Source of the DNA: a virus
IMG/VR virus record: IMGVR_UViG_3300020204_000008
Reading direction: 5' to 3' (one strand)
DNA: 64,000 bases
Of the stretch, positions 49,800 to 60,190 are shown in pieces. Both the position numbers and the translations under genes were made by a program. Positions within the stretch are counted from its first letter, which is position 1. Each line of letters starts with the position of its first letter. The notes beneath the pieces were generated by a model. That model was not told the DNA's origin. It saw only the letters and a program-made list of their open reading frames with translations, and made no database searches.

Positions 49800-50933
49800 T
49801 TATTTATTTTGCGGTTGAGCAATATTTTTTTCGGGCACCCTTGGTTCCTGTGTTTCTTCAGTATTCTCCTGTTCAAGATCCTCTCCCTCTTCAGTGTCTA
49901 TTATTTCAGAAGCAGGCGCCTCCTCAATGTTAAATAGGTTTTCAAAATCAATGTTAGATCTGATCGATACTTGAGAAGATCGGTTTGAGTAGTTATCTAT
50001 CTGTACTCGGTCTCCCTTGAATTCCAATACTAAGGAAGGTAAGATAGTTCTAAAAATCAGCTCATTCACGTTTTCGATAGGATCGTATACCATGATCTCA
50101 GAGATCTTGGGTTCGGTCGTGTTGTCTATCGTTAAAGACTCGTTATTGATTAGGGTGTTTTTACCCGACACCTTTACCTTAAATCCGTCCCAGCTATTGA
50201 TTGCCTTGCCGTCAAGCGTGTCCACCATGCCAGTAGATAACTTAAGAGTCACGTTAGGTGAACCTGTATCAAGCCCGCTGGTCGAGACCTCACGTAAGAC
50301 CATTCGATCTACCGTAAACCTTACCTCATAGTGTGTGTTGCTAAAATACTTATCGTTGATCGCCTTGATCTGAGCAGAAGTCAGCTTTGTGGTAAATAAA
50401 ACCTCGTCCACTCTTGATTCAGAAGTTGCCTGTGGAAGACCGAGTGGAGCAGGCGGCCCTGAAGGCAGAGACACTTGACCTTGACCGATTCTCTTTTGCG
50501 GTTCAGGTAGCCCCAATGGAGGATTTGGACCAGCCGGTAATAGATTGTTCCAATCGTCGTCAGTCAGGTCAGTCTCAACCGGTTTAGGGGTCTCTTCTTC
50601 TGGCGTCACCTCAGCAGGTAAACCGTCCATCTCTCGAGCATAGTCCGGATTGAGTAGTCTCTTGATCGCCTCACTGGCAAGCTCAAACTTTCTTTTAAGT
50701 AGATTTACTTCACTTAAGATGACATAAGTAAGAGTGGCATGGCCCTCTTCAAAACGCATGTCTGGAAAGACGTCTACCTGTTTAAGCCAGCCCTGGATAT
50801 TTTTTTGATCGAGCGCAGTCTCACCGTTGACGATTGACCACGAAAGGTCGTAGTTTAGGATTGCTTGAAAGATGAAACCTCCGTCTTTTGAACTAGCCTC
50901 ATCAGAATACGCCTTTTCAAAAATTTTATCCAT
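49800..50933 (-). CDS. Hypothetical late protein with Pro-rich repeated linker
   Basis: GPNPPLGLP and GPPAPLGLP repeats; acidic tail. Confidence 0.6.
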   Translation of the reverse strand: MDKIFEKAYSDEASSKDGGFIFQAILNYDLSWSIVNGETALDQKNIQGWLKQVDVFPDMRFEEGHATLTYVILSEVNLLKRKFELASEAIKRLLNPDYAREMDGLPAEVTPEEETPKPVETDLTDDDWNNLLPAGPNPPLGLPEPQKRIGQGQVSLPSGPPAPLGLPQATSESRVDEVLFTTKLTSAQIKAINDKYFSNTHYEVRFTVDRMVLREVSTSGLDTGSPNVTLKLSTGMVDTLDGKAINSWDGFKVKVSGKNTLINNESLTIDNTTEPKISEIMVYDPIENVNELIFRTILPSLVLEFKGDRVQIDNYSNRSSQVSIRSNIDFENLFNIEEAPASEIIDTEEGEDLEQENTEETQEPRVPEKNIAQPQNK

Positions 50934-51190
50934 TAGTCTTTTTTACGATCTCTCGTTCGTTTATAGTTCTTCCAAAGCTCGTTATAGATGTTACATGAAG
51001 CCCCTAAAAAGTTGATGATACCGACGTATTTTTTCTTGTCCTCTCCTTCCATATTAGCGACCTTGACACCAATCTTCTTGGCATCATTGATCGTAAGCTC
51101 TTCATCCTCGTCCTTACCGACTAGCTTCTTAAGATCGCCCTTCTTTTCAAGTAGAGCGTATTGCTCAAATCTCATGATAGCTCTATTCAT
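50933..51190 (-). CDS. Small putative internal head protein
   Basis: IMRFEQYALLE tag-like N-terminus. Confidence 0.55.
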   Translation of the reverse strand: MNRAIMRFEQYALLEKKGDLKKLVGKDEDEELTINDAKKIGVKVANMEGEDKKKYVGIINFLGASCNIYNELWKNYKRTRDRKKD

Positions 51191-51209
51191 TGGTCTTAGA
51201 TTTTATTAA

Positions 51210-51443
51210 TTACTTCTTCTTACCTACCACGTTCTTGTTCTTTGCAGTAGTCATGTATTGTTTAGTATACTTATCAAGTTGAGGAGTTCCTTTTCCCTTA
51301 ACTGGACCTTCAACTAAACCTTGATTGATCTTCATCGAACCCGATCTATCGTTTGCCGCAACGTTAGCTTTTCCACGGTATCCCGCTTCAGCCTTTTTGA
51401 ATGCTGCCATAAACTGGTTATAGTTCATAACTGGATTTGCCAT
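51210..51443 (-). CDS. Small basic late protein
   Basis: VMNYNQFM tag-like N-terminus; GATAAATAA at 51462-51470. Confidence 0.6.
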   Translation of the reverse strand: MANPVMNYNQFMAAFKKAEAGYRGKANVAANDRSGSMKINQGLVEGPVKGKGTPQLDKYTKQYMTTAKNKNVVGKKK

Positions 51444-51528
51444 TATACTTTTATTTTTTTATTATTTATCTTTTTAATCTTAAAGAATTTTTTGTATATT
51501 AGCTATATAACCAATTAAATTTAAAGCC

Positions 51529-51981
51529 ATGAAAAAGTTAATTTTAACCCTATCGATCATCGGAGGAATATTTACCTCTAACGTATCATTATCTAACGAG
51601 TTAGATTCTACCGAAGTTAAAGATAAGTCTGAAAGGATTGCACGTATCAAGTACTCAATCGATTCCTTAATTAAGGCTGAGCTTGGCAACATTGAACTTA
51701 CTAGTTCCTTTGACTCTAATTGTCATGATTATGCAATAAAGAAAATTCAAAAGAGCGCAGATGCTGATTCATATAGTGGAGTTCAGTTTCGAACATTAAA
51801 CTCAGTACCAAATGATCAAGTATCAATATGTGATCTTCCATTATCTCACTTGATCTCAAGAGTCAAGGCGAACCTTATCAATGAGAAAATGGACATTAAG
51901 AGTTGGGAGTTTACTAAATACTCAATAGTATTTGGTGACTTTGGCGGAAAGAGCTACATGGCAATCTCAATGGATTATTAA
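51529..51981 (+). CDS. Putative secreted/periplasmic protein
   Basis: Signal peptide MKKLILTLSIIGGIFTSNVSLS; two Cys; stand-alone transcription unit. Confidence 0.6.
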   Translation: MKKLILTLSIIGGIFTSNVSLSNELDSTEVKDKSERIARIKYSIDSLIKAELGNIELTSSFDSNCHDYAIKKIQKSADADSYSGVQFRTLNSVPNDQVSICDLPLSHLISRVKANLINEKMDIKSWEFTKYSIVFGDFGGKSYMAISMDY

Positions 51982-51998
51982 TCTAGCCCATCTTCATA

Positions 51999-52027
51999 AA
52001 AAAACCCATCTAAAAGATGGGTTTTTT
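51999..52027. terminator. Bidirectional terminator
   Basis: AAAAAACCCATCT-AAA-AGATGGGTTTTTT. Confidence 0.85.
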
Positions 52028-52046
52028 GTTTAACTAATTATTAGAT

Positions 52047-53816
52047 CTAGATGTTATCTTCTCCAGCAGGGGTTGCTTTTTCAATATGAGTAACGTATCT
52101 TTCTTCTGGTATGTCTACTTCCTTTATTAATTTAGGATTATTAGGATCAGTATAATCCATTAATTTGACTTTCATCGTGCCTTTTTCTGTTCCAGGTCCA
52201 ACTACGAATATTTTTTTCGTATCAGTTCCCCCTACTTCATTCGGTGGAGTCGATTTGTCAAATATTACGATCTCTTGTTCAGGCTTTAATTCCTTAAACT
52301 TGATTCGGTTTTCCTTGACTGCACGATTTGCCTTTTTCTCAGCCTTTGCTGCCGCTTTTTCTTCAGCTTTACCTTCTCCTTTTCCCCAACCAATTGACGT
52401 AACTAGTCCAGGCGATTTCCAACTAGCTGCGACCGTATACTCTTTTATTGTAAGCGCATCGTAGTTTAGAGTAACCTCACCAGTCTCAGTCACATTGATC
52501 CATTTAGTAGGTAGTTTTCTTTTTTCAACCCTGTCTCCAGTTATAAAGAAGTTAACTACCCTCCATTCAGGTGCAGTATTTACATTATTATCTGGTTGAA
52601 CTACTGCCGGTGTCCCAGCCAATGAGACCTGTACGCCCTTCGGCGCTCCAATTTTTGTAACAAACCATTGGGCTCGTCTTGTTGCAAGTGCCATGTTCTG
52701 TTTATCATCTCTTGCGCCAGCAGTCCATTCCCACGATGCGGATCCTTGAACCTTAATCGAAGTTATTTTTGAATACTGTCCAAGGATCTGGTTCAATGCT
52801 TCAAGGATAGCTTTTTCCTTTGTTGGATCTGGTTTATCCTTTCCTTGACCAAATAGTGCATCTAATCCGGGCAATGATGTCAATTCATCAGTTACTTGAA
52901 CTGCCTCTTCTCCTCCTTCTATTGGAACGCTTACCGTAGTCGTTGTAAATTCTGTATATGGCTGGCCTCCTCCTTTAACAAAATCAGTCACAGTATAGAA
53001 AACAAACTTCTTCGTAAGGCTTTCATTCAGCAATCGTTTCGGGTCCTCTGGGAAATCCTTAGGTGTAAGTCCTCCCCCAAGTGAACTTGATGCTGGAGGA
53101 GAGCTCATATTATACTTTAAGTTTGATCCGTCCCACATAAGAATTGTTTGACTCAAATTAGCTCCATTTATATAACTGGCCCGATATGGCCAGTACGCTT
53201 TTCCCATAGTTTTTTTGGTTTCGTCCATATCAAAAGCCGGCTTATCGTTTAATTTCATATCCTTCATCCTCTCAATCGTCAATCCATCCGCATAAACCTT
53301 CGAAGTTACTGTTTCAAGTTGTTTAAACATTTCCTGATGATTTAGTGCGCTTATTGATTTACATATAGCTGGAGCGGACGTCCATATTACCTCAGTTTTA
53401 TTTAACGTCGGAACCTTTAAACCTTTAGCCGTTTTTATTTGAATCGATTTAACTGTTGTATTAAACGTTGGCTTTATGTATTTTTCGTTAGAATTAGTTT
53501 TAGTAAATTCAGCTACCGCCGATCCAACGTCAACAGTTAAGCTACTTGTAAAATGATTTTTTGTAAGGTTGTCAGTCGATGCCGTCATCCAACCGACCTT
53601 AGCATTCTGTTTCCATTCATTAATAAATGTAGCATATGCTTCTCCCATTGCTGTAGCTATGTCCCCCATTTTACTAACCAGTGATTCAATGCTAGTTTGT
53701 GAATTCACTAAGTTTGCAACAGTCTGCTCATTGACCGCTTCTCGGTATCGTTCATCATTCACAACTGATTCGTGAAGAGTTCTCCACATATTATAGTTTA
53801 ATAAATAACCACCCAT
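52047..53816 (-). CDS. Late protein with OmpA-like peptidoglycan-binding domain, putative ejected head protein
   Basis: LFGQGK...IKVQGSAS...NMALATRRAQ...WRVVNF resembles the OmpA-C pattern; LLNYNMWRTLHE tag; late motif at 53836-53844. Confidence 0.55.
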   Translation of the reverse strand: MGGYLLNYNMWRTLHESVVNDERYREAVNEQTVANLVNSQTSIESLVSKMGDIATAMGEAYATFINEWKQNAKVGWMTASTDNLTKNHFTSSLTVDVGSAVAEFTKTNSNEKYIKPTFNTTVKSIQIKTAKGLKVPTLNKTEVIWTSAPAICKSISALNHQEMFKQLETVTSKVYADGLTIERMKDMKLNDKPAFDMDETKKTMGKAYWPYRASYINGANLSQTILMWDGSNLKYNMSSPPASSSLGGGLTPKDFPEDPKRLLNESLTKKFVFYTVTDFVKGGGQPYTEFTTTTVSVPIEGGEEAVQVTDELTSLPGLDALFGQGKDKPDPTKEKAILEALNQILGQYSKITSIKVQGSASWEWTAGARDDKQNMALATRRAQWFVTKIGAPKGVQVSLAGTPAVVQPDNNVNTAPEWRVVNFFITGDRVEKRKLPTKWINVTETGEVTLNYDALTIKEYTVAASWKSPGLVTSIGWGKGEGKAEEKAAAKAEKKANRAVKENRIKFKELKPEQEIVIFDKSTPPNEVGGTDTKKIFVVGPGTEKGTMKVKLMDYTDPNNPKLIKEVDIPEERYVTHIEKATPAGEDNI

Positions 53817-53879
53817 TTTTAAATAAGTTTTTTAGTTATTTATCTTTTAAAAAAACCTAATTTTTAGTATCTTAATACC

Positions 53880-54671
53880 ATGCCAGAACTTGCAGAGATA
53901 AAAATAATGGCGGATTTCATAAATCTGGCCAGTAGAGAAAAGAGTTTTACTACCGTTGCCTTTTCAGAAAGCGCTATGAATAGAAAACTAGGTATAGTCC
54001 AGCCGACTGACCTTCAGATATTCAGAATCACAGCTGAGTCTCGGGGCAAGGAACTCATGCTCTCCTTGATCCAGGGAGATCAGGTTTTCATGAAGATCAG
54101 CTGCTCGATGGGCATGTCCGGCCATTGGGCGATGTGTCACCGAGATGATGTGCCCAAGCACACCCACATGAAATTTAATACGACCGATCAACTCAGTCTC
54201 TGCCTGGTCGACACTCGTCGATTTGCTAGGTGGAAGGTCGCATCCGACTGGTCCCAAAATCGTGGGCCCTGCCCAGTACACGAACCTAATCCTTTTAGGG
54301 AGAATATCCTCGCTAACCTAGGCAAGAAGGAATTCGATAAACCGATCCACCTGGTGCTCATGAACCAACAATATTTTAATGGAATCGGCAACTATCTTAG
54401 ATCCGAGATTATGTTCCATGCCTCACAAGATCCTTTTGCTGATGCCCGTACTGCACTCACACGAAATCCTTCAATACTCGATCTTTGTGAAAGGTTACCT
54501 AGGGAAGCTTACTTCCTAGGTGGAGGTCAGCTCAAGGACTGGCAAAACCCGTTTGAGGTTCCTGAAGGAGGATTTGACGAGTGGATGCAGTGTTACGGCA
54601 AGGGCAAATGGTTTACCGACAAGAACGGTCGACGTATGTGGTATCATCCCATCCAGCTTGAAACCAGTTAA
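53880..54671 (+). CDS. Fpg/Nei-family DNA glycosylase, NEIL1-like (zincless finger)
   Basis: MPELAE, SRGKEL, MGMSG, VDTRRFARW, RGPCPV, FNGIGNYLRSEI, WMQCYG, DKNGRRMWY; no C4 zinc finger. Confidence 0.9.
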   Translation: MPELAEIKIMADFINLASREKSFTTVAFSESAMNRKLGIVQPTDLQIFRITAESRGKELMLSLIQGDQVFMKISCSMGMSGHWAMCHRDDVPKHTHMKFNTTDQLSLCLVDTRRFARWKVASDWSQNRGPCPVHEPNPFRENILANLGKKEFDKPIHLVLMNQQYFNGIGNYLRSEIMFHASQDPFADARTALTRNPSILDLCERLPREAYFLGGGQLKDWQNPFEVPEGGFDEWMQCYGKGKWFTDKNGRRMWYHPIQLETS

Positions 54672-54713
54672 TAAATTTGAGTTTTATTAATGTAACCTCA
54701 TAAATCACGAAAG

Positions 54714-54896
54714 ATGTTAAGAAAAATACTTGGCCCCAAGCTTTCAAAAAGGGAACTCGCAATAATCAGGGAATGTTGTCGGCAAGTCTCTACCTCCATG
54801 GATAAAGCAGATTTTCAAAATAACTTGGATCCTGAGATAAAGGAGATCCACCAAGACATTAAAAAGATCATAAAAAAACTAGAGACCACTACATGA
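54714..54896 (+). CDS. Small hypothetical protein
   Basis: ORF coupled to the helicase gene (ATGA). Confidence 0.5.
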   Translation: MLRKILGPKLSKRELAIIRECCRQVSTSMDKADFQNNLDPEIKEIHQDIKKIIKKLETTT

Positions 54897-56485
54897 GAGA
54901 TATTCCTCTTGAGTTTTCACCAAGACCTCAACAGGTCCAGATCTTGGACTTCGTAAAGTCTTCCATTAAGGAGGGTAAAAAATTCATCATGGTGGATGCC
55001 CCTACTGGAGTAGGTAAATCCTATGCGGCGATCATGATCGCTGAGTGGTATAGAAACGAACACTCAAAAAAGGCCAAGACTGACATCATCACCAACACCA
55101 AGATCTTACAGGATCAATATGTGAAAGATTTTAAGTTCGCAGCTAATCTAAAGGGAAAGAACAATTACTGGTGTCGTCATCAAGGAATGGGATGCGGTGA
55201 TGCCCAGGTGCTCAATAAGGCCAGTGGTAAAAGATGCAATGTCTGCCCACACAAGATCTCTCAGACCAAATTCCTGAAGAGCCCAGTGAGCTTGGCAAAT
55301 TTTCACCTGGTGACTGCATACTCAATGTATTCTCCAGACATGTTGGCAGAGCGTAGTTCTAAGCTACTCATAATCGATGAGGCACACGCCTTTGAGGAGA
55401 CCTTTTGTGATTTTATTCTCTCTACCTATTCCGAACGTAGCCTAAAGATATTGGACGTTTGGCACGATTGGATGGAAAGGGACCTTGATAACATCTCTAG
55501 CCTGACTGAACTTTCAGATTGGACTAAAGACGTATTGGTTCCCTTGCTTGATAAAAAAGCACACGATCTGCTTGACGAGGCCAAGGAGACTCGACAAAAA
55601 AAGAAAAAGGTAGACCTAATTAAAAAAGCAGACCACGTCGATAAGTCAATGTGTAAGTACAATCGATTCGTCAACGACCGTGAAAACTACAAGACTAATT
55701 GGACCTTTGAAAAAGATCTAGACCAGTGGGGCAAGACCAGAATCCTAGTCGAACCTATTTGGGGCAACCTATACCTAAAAGAACTTTTTTGGGACCAATA
55801 CGATCATGTGATCATGATGTCGGGTACACTATTGGATCGAGAGCTCTTCTCCTTCATCATGGGAATAGACGAGACCGAGTCAACTTACCTCGCCCTACCG
55901 TGTCCGTTTGAGGCAGATAAACGACCGGTAATCTATGTAAAGTTCGGTAAGATGTCCTATTATAATAAAAAGGAGACCTTTACCAGAGCAGTACCGATCA
56001 TCGGCAAGATCTTGGAGAAGAATCACGAACATAAGGGCATTATTCATACTGCCAATTATGAGTTTAGCAAGTGGATTCAACAGACCATTCAGGATTCACG
56101 TTTAATATTTCATGATTCAGCAAGCCGAGAAAAATCTCTTGAAGATCATCTTACTTCTAAGATGGAAACCGTCCTAGTCTCACCATCGATGATCAATGGA
56201 GTCGACTTAAAGGATGAGCTTTCACGATTTCAGGTGATCCTAAAAGTACCTTTTCCTAATCTTGTTAGTACAAAGATAAAGAAGAGACTCGATACTCGTC
56301 CAGAATGGTACAATTGGAAGACCCTGGTGGATCTTTTACAGGCATACGGTAGATCAATAAGAAACGATGATGACTGGGCTGAGACCTACATCTTAGACGA
56401 GTGCTTCGATCAAATATTAAATAACAAAGGCGTGCCTAAGTATTTTTTAGACGCGTTGAAAGTAAAAAAATTAGCAAAGAAATAA
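54893..56485 (+). CDS. DinG/XPD-family SF2 helicase
   Basis: PRPQQ Q-motif, DAPTGVGKS, Cys cluster, IIDEAH, MSGTL, GVDL, QAYGRSIR. Confidence 0.92.
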   Translation: MRDIPLEFSPRPQQVQILDFVKSSIKEGKKFIMVDAPTGVGKSYAAIMIAEWYRNEHSKKAKTDIITNTKILQDQYVKDFKFAANLKGKNNYWCRHQGMGCGDAQVLNKASGKRCNVCPHKISQTKFLKSPVSLANFHLVTAYSMYSPDMLAERSSKLLIIDEAHAFEETFCDFILSTYSERSLKILDVWHDWMERDLDNISSLTELSDWTKDVLVPLLDKKAHDLLDEAKETRQKKKKVDLIKKADHVDKSMCKYNRFVNDRENYKTNWTFEKDLDQWGKTRILVEPIWGNLYLKELFWDQYDHVIMMSGTLLDRELFSFIMGIDETESTYLALPCPFEADKRPVIYVKFGKMSYYNKKETFTRAVPIIGKILEKNHEHKGIIHTANYEFSKWIQQTIQDSRLIFHDSASREKSLEDHLTSKMETVLVSPSMINGVDLKDELSRFQVILKVPFPNLVSTKIKKRLDTRPEWYNWKTLVDLLQAYGRSIRNDDDWAETYILDECFDQILNNKGVPKYFLDALKVKKLAKK

Positions 56486-58348
56486 ATGGCTAAGAAATCG
56501 ATAGAAACAAAGTATCAGAAACTGACTGACGTTGAACACGTTTTACTCAGACCCTCAATGTATATAGGGTCAGTCGCAATCCATACTGGAGATCAGTATC
56601 TCTATGATGGCCAAAAGGTCACAATTGAAGAAGTTCACTACAATCCAGGATTCATTAAAATCTTTGACGAAATTATTTCTAATGCAGTCGATGAACATCG
56701 GCGAAATCCTAAGCTGAATGAGATCCGAGTAACTATTAATCTTGACACTACTGAGATCACAGTATGGGATAATGGTGGAATTCCAGTAGAAAAACATCCA
56801 ATCCATAAAGAGTGGATTCCTGAACTAATATTTTCAAACTTGAAGGCTGGCTCCAATTTTGATGACTCAGAACAGCGTACTGTCGCAGGAACAAATGGTG
56901 TTGGTAGCAAGGCAACCAATATTTTTAGTAAAAAGTTCTCAATTTCAACCTGTGATGGTAAGAATCGATTCGATCAGGTTTTTACTGAAAATATGAAGGA
57001 TAGAACTAAAGTTAAAATTACCCCAGCTAAGAGAGGATTCACTGAAATCTCATTTTTTCCCGATCTAGAAAGGTTTAAGATGCGATTAATTGACGAAAAG
57101 TCCTTTCAGATCCTATTTAAACGTTGTTTGGACCTAGTTGCATGTAATAATAAGCTTACTCTAAAGCTAACTAAGATCAAGGAGAGTAAAAAAGAGGAAT
57201 TTGTGCTTAAATTTAAGAGTTTTGAAGAATATATTCAGCTCTATGCTCAAGAATATTTCTTTGAGGAGACAAAAGACTGGAAGATAGGCTTTGCAAAGTC
57301 GGAAAAAGGATTTCAGAACGTAAGTTTCGTCAATTCTGTCTATACGATGGACGGCGGAACTCACGTAGAGTACATTACTAATCAGCTAATCTCACAATTA
57401 AGGGAAATGATTAAGAAAAAACACAGAGTTGACGTAAAACCTAGCGATATCCGTAACCATTTATACGTTTTTATCGATTCTACCGTAGTAAACTCATTTT
57501 TTAGCTCACAAACTAAGGAAAAATTGATCACCGAGGTCAAAGATTTCGGTACCAAGCACGAAGTTACTGATAAGATCGCAAAACTAGTGTTTAAATCTGA
57601 AATAATTCAGTCAGTTTTAGATTGGATCGAGAAAAAAGCCCTTGTACAAGAGCGAGCAGAGCTCAGAAAGTTAAATAAGGACTTGGACAAGACCAAAATA
57701 CCTAAATTGATCGATGCTCAACGAAAAGGAGATCGTGGAATATGCATTTTAGGAATTTATGAGGGGCTAAGTGCAGTTTCAGCAGTTCGTAAGTTTCGAG
57801 ATACTCAAACGATCGGCGCATTCCCTCTAAAGGGTAAGTTCATCAACGTAAGTGAGATGAAACCTTCTGAAATCGCTAAAAACGACGAAGCTGTGCAACT
57901 AATGGCCTCTCTGGGACTAAAGCTAGGCGAAGAACCCAAAGGATTGCGATACGGTCGCATCTACATCTATACAGATGCCGATCCGGACGGTAGTCACATC
58001 GCAGCTACCCTAATTAACTTTTTTAATCGCTTCTGGCCCGAACTTTTTGATCAAGGTAGGGTATATAAGGTAATGACTCCGCTTGTAGTAGCTAAAAAAG
58101 GCAAAGAATCCATCAATTTTTACACCAACGATGAGTTTGATGCCTGGTTGAGGAAGAATAAGGCCACCTCTTGGGAAATCGAATACAAGAAGGGATTGGG
58201 TGCACTCGAGGATACTGAATACGAAGAAATAATCAAGAATCCATACCTTGTACAGATCAAGAACGATAAAGACTATCGGGACTCACTTGAATCGTGGTTC
58301 GGTAAGGACTCTCAACCTAGAAAGGACCGAATCCTTGGAAATAATTAG
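56486..58348 (+). CDS. gp39: Type IIA topoisomerase large subunit (gp39+60, GyrB/ParE-like)
   Basis: EHVLLRPSMYIG, EIISNAVDE, GTNGVG, EGLSA, PLKGK, TDADPDG, YKKGLG. Confidence 0.96.
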   Translation: MAKKSIETKYQKLTDVEHVLLRPSMYIGSVAIHTGDQYLYDGQKVTIEEVHYNPGFIKIFDEIISNAVDEHRRNPKLNEIRVTINLDTTEITVWDNGGIPVEKHPIHKEWIPELIFSNLKAGSNFDDSEQRTVAGTNGVGSKATNIFSKKFSISTCDGKNRFDQVFTENMKDRTKVKITPAKRGFTEISFFPDLERFKMRLIDEKSFQILFKRCLDLVACNNKLTLKLTKIKESKKEEFVLKFKSFEEYIQLYAQEYFFEETKDWKIGFAKSEKGFQNVSFVNSVYTMDGGTHVEYITNQLISQLREMIKKKHRVDVKPSDIRNHLYVFIDSTVVNSFFSSQTKEKLITEVKDFGTKHEVTDKIAKLVFKSEIIQSVLDWIEKKALVQERAELRKLNKDLDKTKIPKLIDAQRKGDRGICILGIYEGLSAVSAVRKFRDTQTIGAFPLKGKFINVSEMKPSEIAKNDEAVQLMASLGLKLGEEPKGLRYGRIYIYTDADPDGSHIAATLINFFNRFWPELFDQGRVYKVMTPLVVAKKGKESINFYTNDEFDAWLRKNKATSWEIEYKKGLGALEDTEYEEIIKNPYLVQIKNDKDYRDSLESWFGKDSQPRKDRILGNN

Positions 58349-58354
58349 CAATCG

Positions 58355-58465
58355 ATGAAATATTACAACGAGTTTGAAAGAAGACCAAAGATCGTCTTTA
58401 TTTGGATGATTATAATGGGATCCATAATAGGTCTCATTTCATGGGTTGTCAAAACTTTGGCTTAG
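58355..58465 (+). CDS. Small membrane peptide (36 aa)
   Basis: MKYYNEFERRPKIVFIWMIIMGSIIGLISWVVKTLA. Confidence 0.45.
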   Translation: MKYYNEFERRPKIVFIWMIIMGSIIGLISWVVKTLA

Positions 58466-58497
58466 CTCAAAGTAAAAGATAAGAAAATCCCATTTTT

Positions 58498-58839
58498 ATG
58501 ACATTTGAGCGCTTTAAATTTATCACTGGCCTAATGGTCCAAAATTCATCTCGAGTAGACAAATCATACGACCAAGGAATAGACCTTGTAGAGTTTGTTG
58601 AAGGATATAATGTCGTAACCGAATATCTTTGGGGAGAGATATTGACCATTGAAGGATTAGACTGGTTCAACTGGTTCATGTACGAAAAGAATTATTTGCA
58701 AGACGGAATAGGCAATCCAGAAATGAATGCATATCATAAGATAAACGATGGAGAACAGGTAGAAATAGTCAAAGACCTAGAAGGTCTACATCAATATTTA
58801 GTAGAAAACAATTATTTTAAATGCGAAAGCCAGAAATAA
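58498..58839 (+). CDS. Hypothetical phage protein
   Basis: EGLDWFNWFMYE pattern; sits between the topoisomerase subunits. Confidence 0.6.
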   Translation: MTFERFKFITGLMVQNSSRVDKSYDQGIDLVEFVEGYNVVTEYLWGEILTIEGLDWFNWFMYEKNYLQDGIGNPEMNAYHKINDGEQVEIVKDLEGLHQYLVENNYFKCESQK

Positions 58840-60188
58840 AGACGGTCACAGATTACCTGGACAACGACTATAAAGAGTACGCAGTATACGTAGTTGAGGA
58901 ACGAGCGATACCTTCCGTTATAGACGGGTTTAAGCCAACTCAACGTAAGGTGATATTCGTAGCTAATAAAGTTTGGAAGAACGGCTCTGAAAAACCAATG
59001 AAGATCTTTCAATTAGCCGGTAGAGTAGCGGCAGACGCTTTTTATCACCATTCAGACGGCTCGCTTAATTCTGCAATCATCGGCATGGCACAAAAGTTTA
59101 AGAACTCAATGCCAGTATTAGAAGAAATTGGGCAATTCGGTTCCCTACGTTCACCAGAAGCAGCCGCTCCTCGTTATATTGCAACCAAGTTACATAAGAA
59201 CTTTAGATTGCTTTACAAGGATTTTGAGCTACTCGAGCCTAGGTACGAAGAGGGTAATGAGATCGAGCCCAAATATTTTCTACCAATCATTCCGACCGTC
59301 CTCCTGAATGGCGGTAGCGGGATCGCAGTAGGCTTCGCAACAAACATATTAAATCGCAATCCAATTAGCCTAATAGAGGCTTGCCTAAAATCATTAGACG
59401 GAAAGAAATACTCTGAACCCACTCCATGGAACCGAGAGTTTTCAGGCGAATGCTCGCTAATTGATTCAGAAAAGTTTTCCTGGATATTTAGCGGCAAGTA
59501 TGATGTTAAAAACACGTCTACTGTTACCATTACTGAATTACCTCCTTCAATTACTTATGAGAAATTCGATCAGCATCTAATAGATCTTGAGGACACTCGA
59601 CGAATTGCTAGTTATGAAAATAACTGCAAGTCTAATATCAGTTACACCATCAAGTTTAGACGAGAAGATCTCAAGATGCTTGCTGATTCGACCAGACTAA
59701 AGAGATTGTTAAAGATGGAAGAGCGTCAGACTGAGAACTTTACGGTACTTGATGAACATGGTAAACTTAAGATATTTGGTTCTGCCAGTGAGATCATCGA
59801 GTATTTTGTGCAGTTTAGGCTCTCTTTCTATGATAAAAGAAAGCAATTTATCATCGATACCCTAAACCAGGAACTTACCCTTCTCTCAAATAGGGCCAGA
59901 TTTGTGAAATCCATCATCGGCGGTAAACTAAAGATCAATAACGTGCCTAGAAAAGAGATACTTCTCTATCTACAAACTGCGGATTTTGATGAGATTAATG
60001 GATCATATCAATATCTACTCTCAATGCCCATTCATTCCCTAACTAAGGAAACATATGAAGACCTGATTAGTGCTGAGGAGAAAAAAAGAGTTGAGCTTGA
60101 AGAGATCAAGAAGAGAGAACCCATACAAATGTACAGAGAAGATTTACAAGAGTTGAAAAAGGCTCTTCAAAAAGAGTATAATAGCTAA
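58821..60188 (+). CDS. gp52: Type IIA topoisomerase medium subunit (gp52, GyrA/ParC-like)
   Basis: RAIPSVIDGFKPTQRK, YHHSD, GQFGS, AAPRYI catalytic Tyr. Confidence 0.96.
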   Translation: MRKPEIKTVTDYLDNDYKEYAVYVVEERAIPSVIDGFKPTQRKVIFVANKVWKNGSEKPMKIFQLAGRVAADAFYHHSDGSLNSAIIGMAQKFKNSMPVLEEIGQFGSLRSPEAAAPRYIATKLHKNFRLLYKDFELLEPRYEEGNEIEPKYFLPIIPTVLLNGGSGIAVGFATNILNRNPISLIEACLKSLDGKKYSEPTPWNREFSGECSLIDSEKFSWIFSGKYDVKNTSTVTITELPPSITYEKFDQHLIDLEDTRRIASYENNCKSNISYTIKFRREDLKMLADSTRLKRLLKMEERQTENFTVLDEHGKLKIFGSASEIIEYFVQFRLSFYDKRKQFIIDTLNQELTLLSNRARFVKSIIGGKLKINNVPRKEILLYLQTADFDEINGSYQYLLSMPIHSLTKETYEDLISAEEKKRVELEEIKKREPIQMYREDLQELKKALQKEYNS

Positions 60189-60190
60189 AA

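Noticed and set aside
58349-58820. T4 gene 60-like translational bypass or mobile insertion in topoisomerase
   Set aside because: The large subunit is intact and continuous; the intervening ORFs are small ordinary genes with no endonuclease motifs
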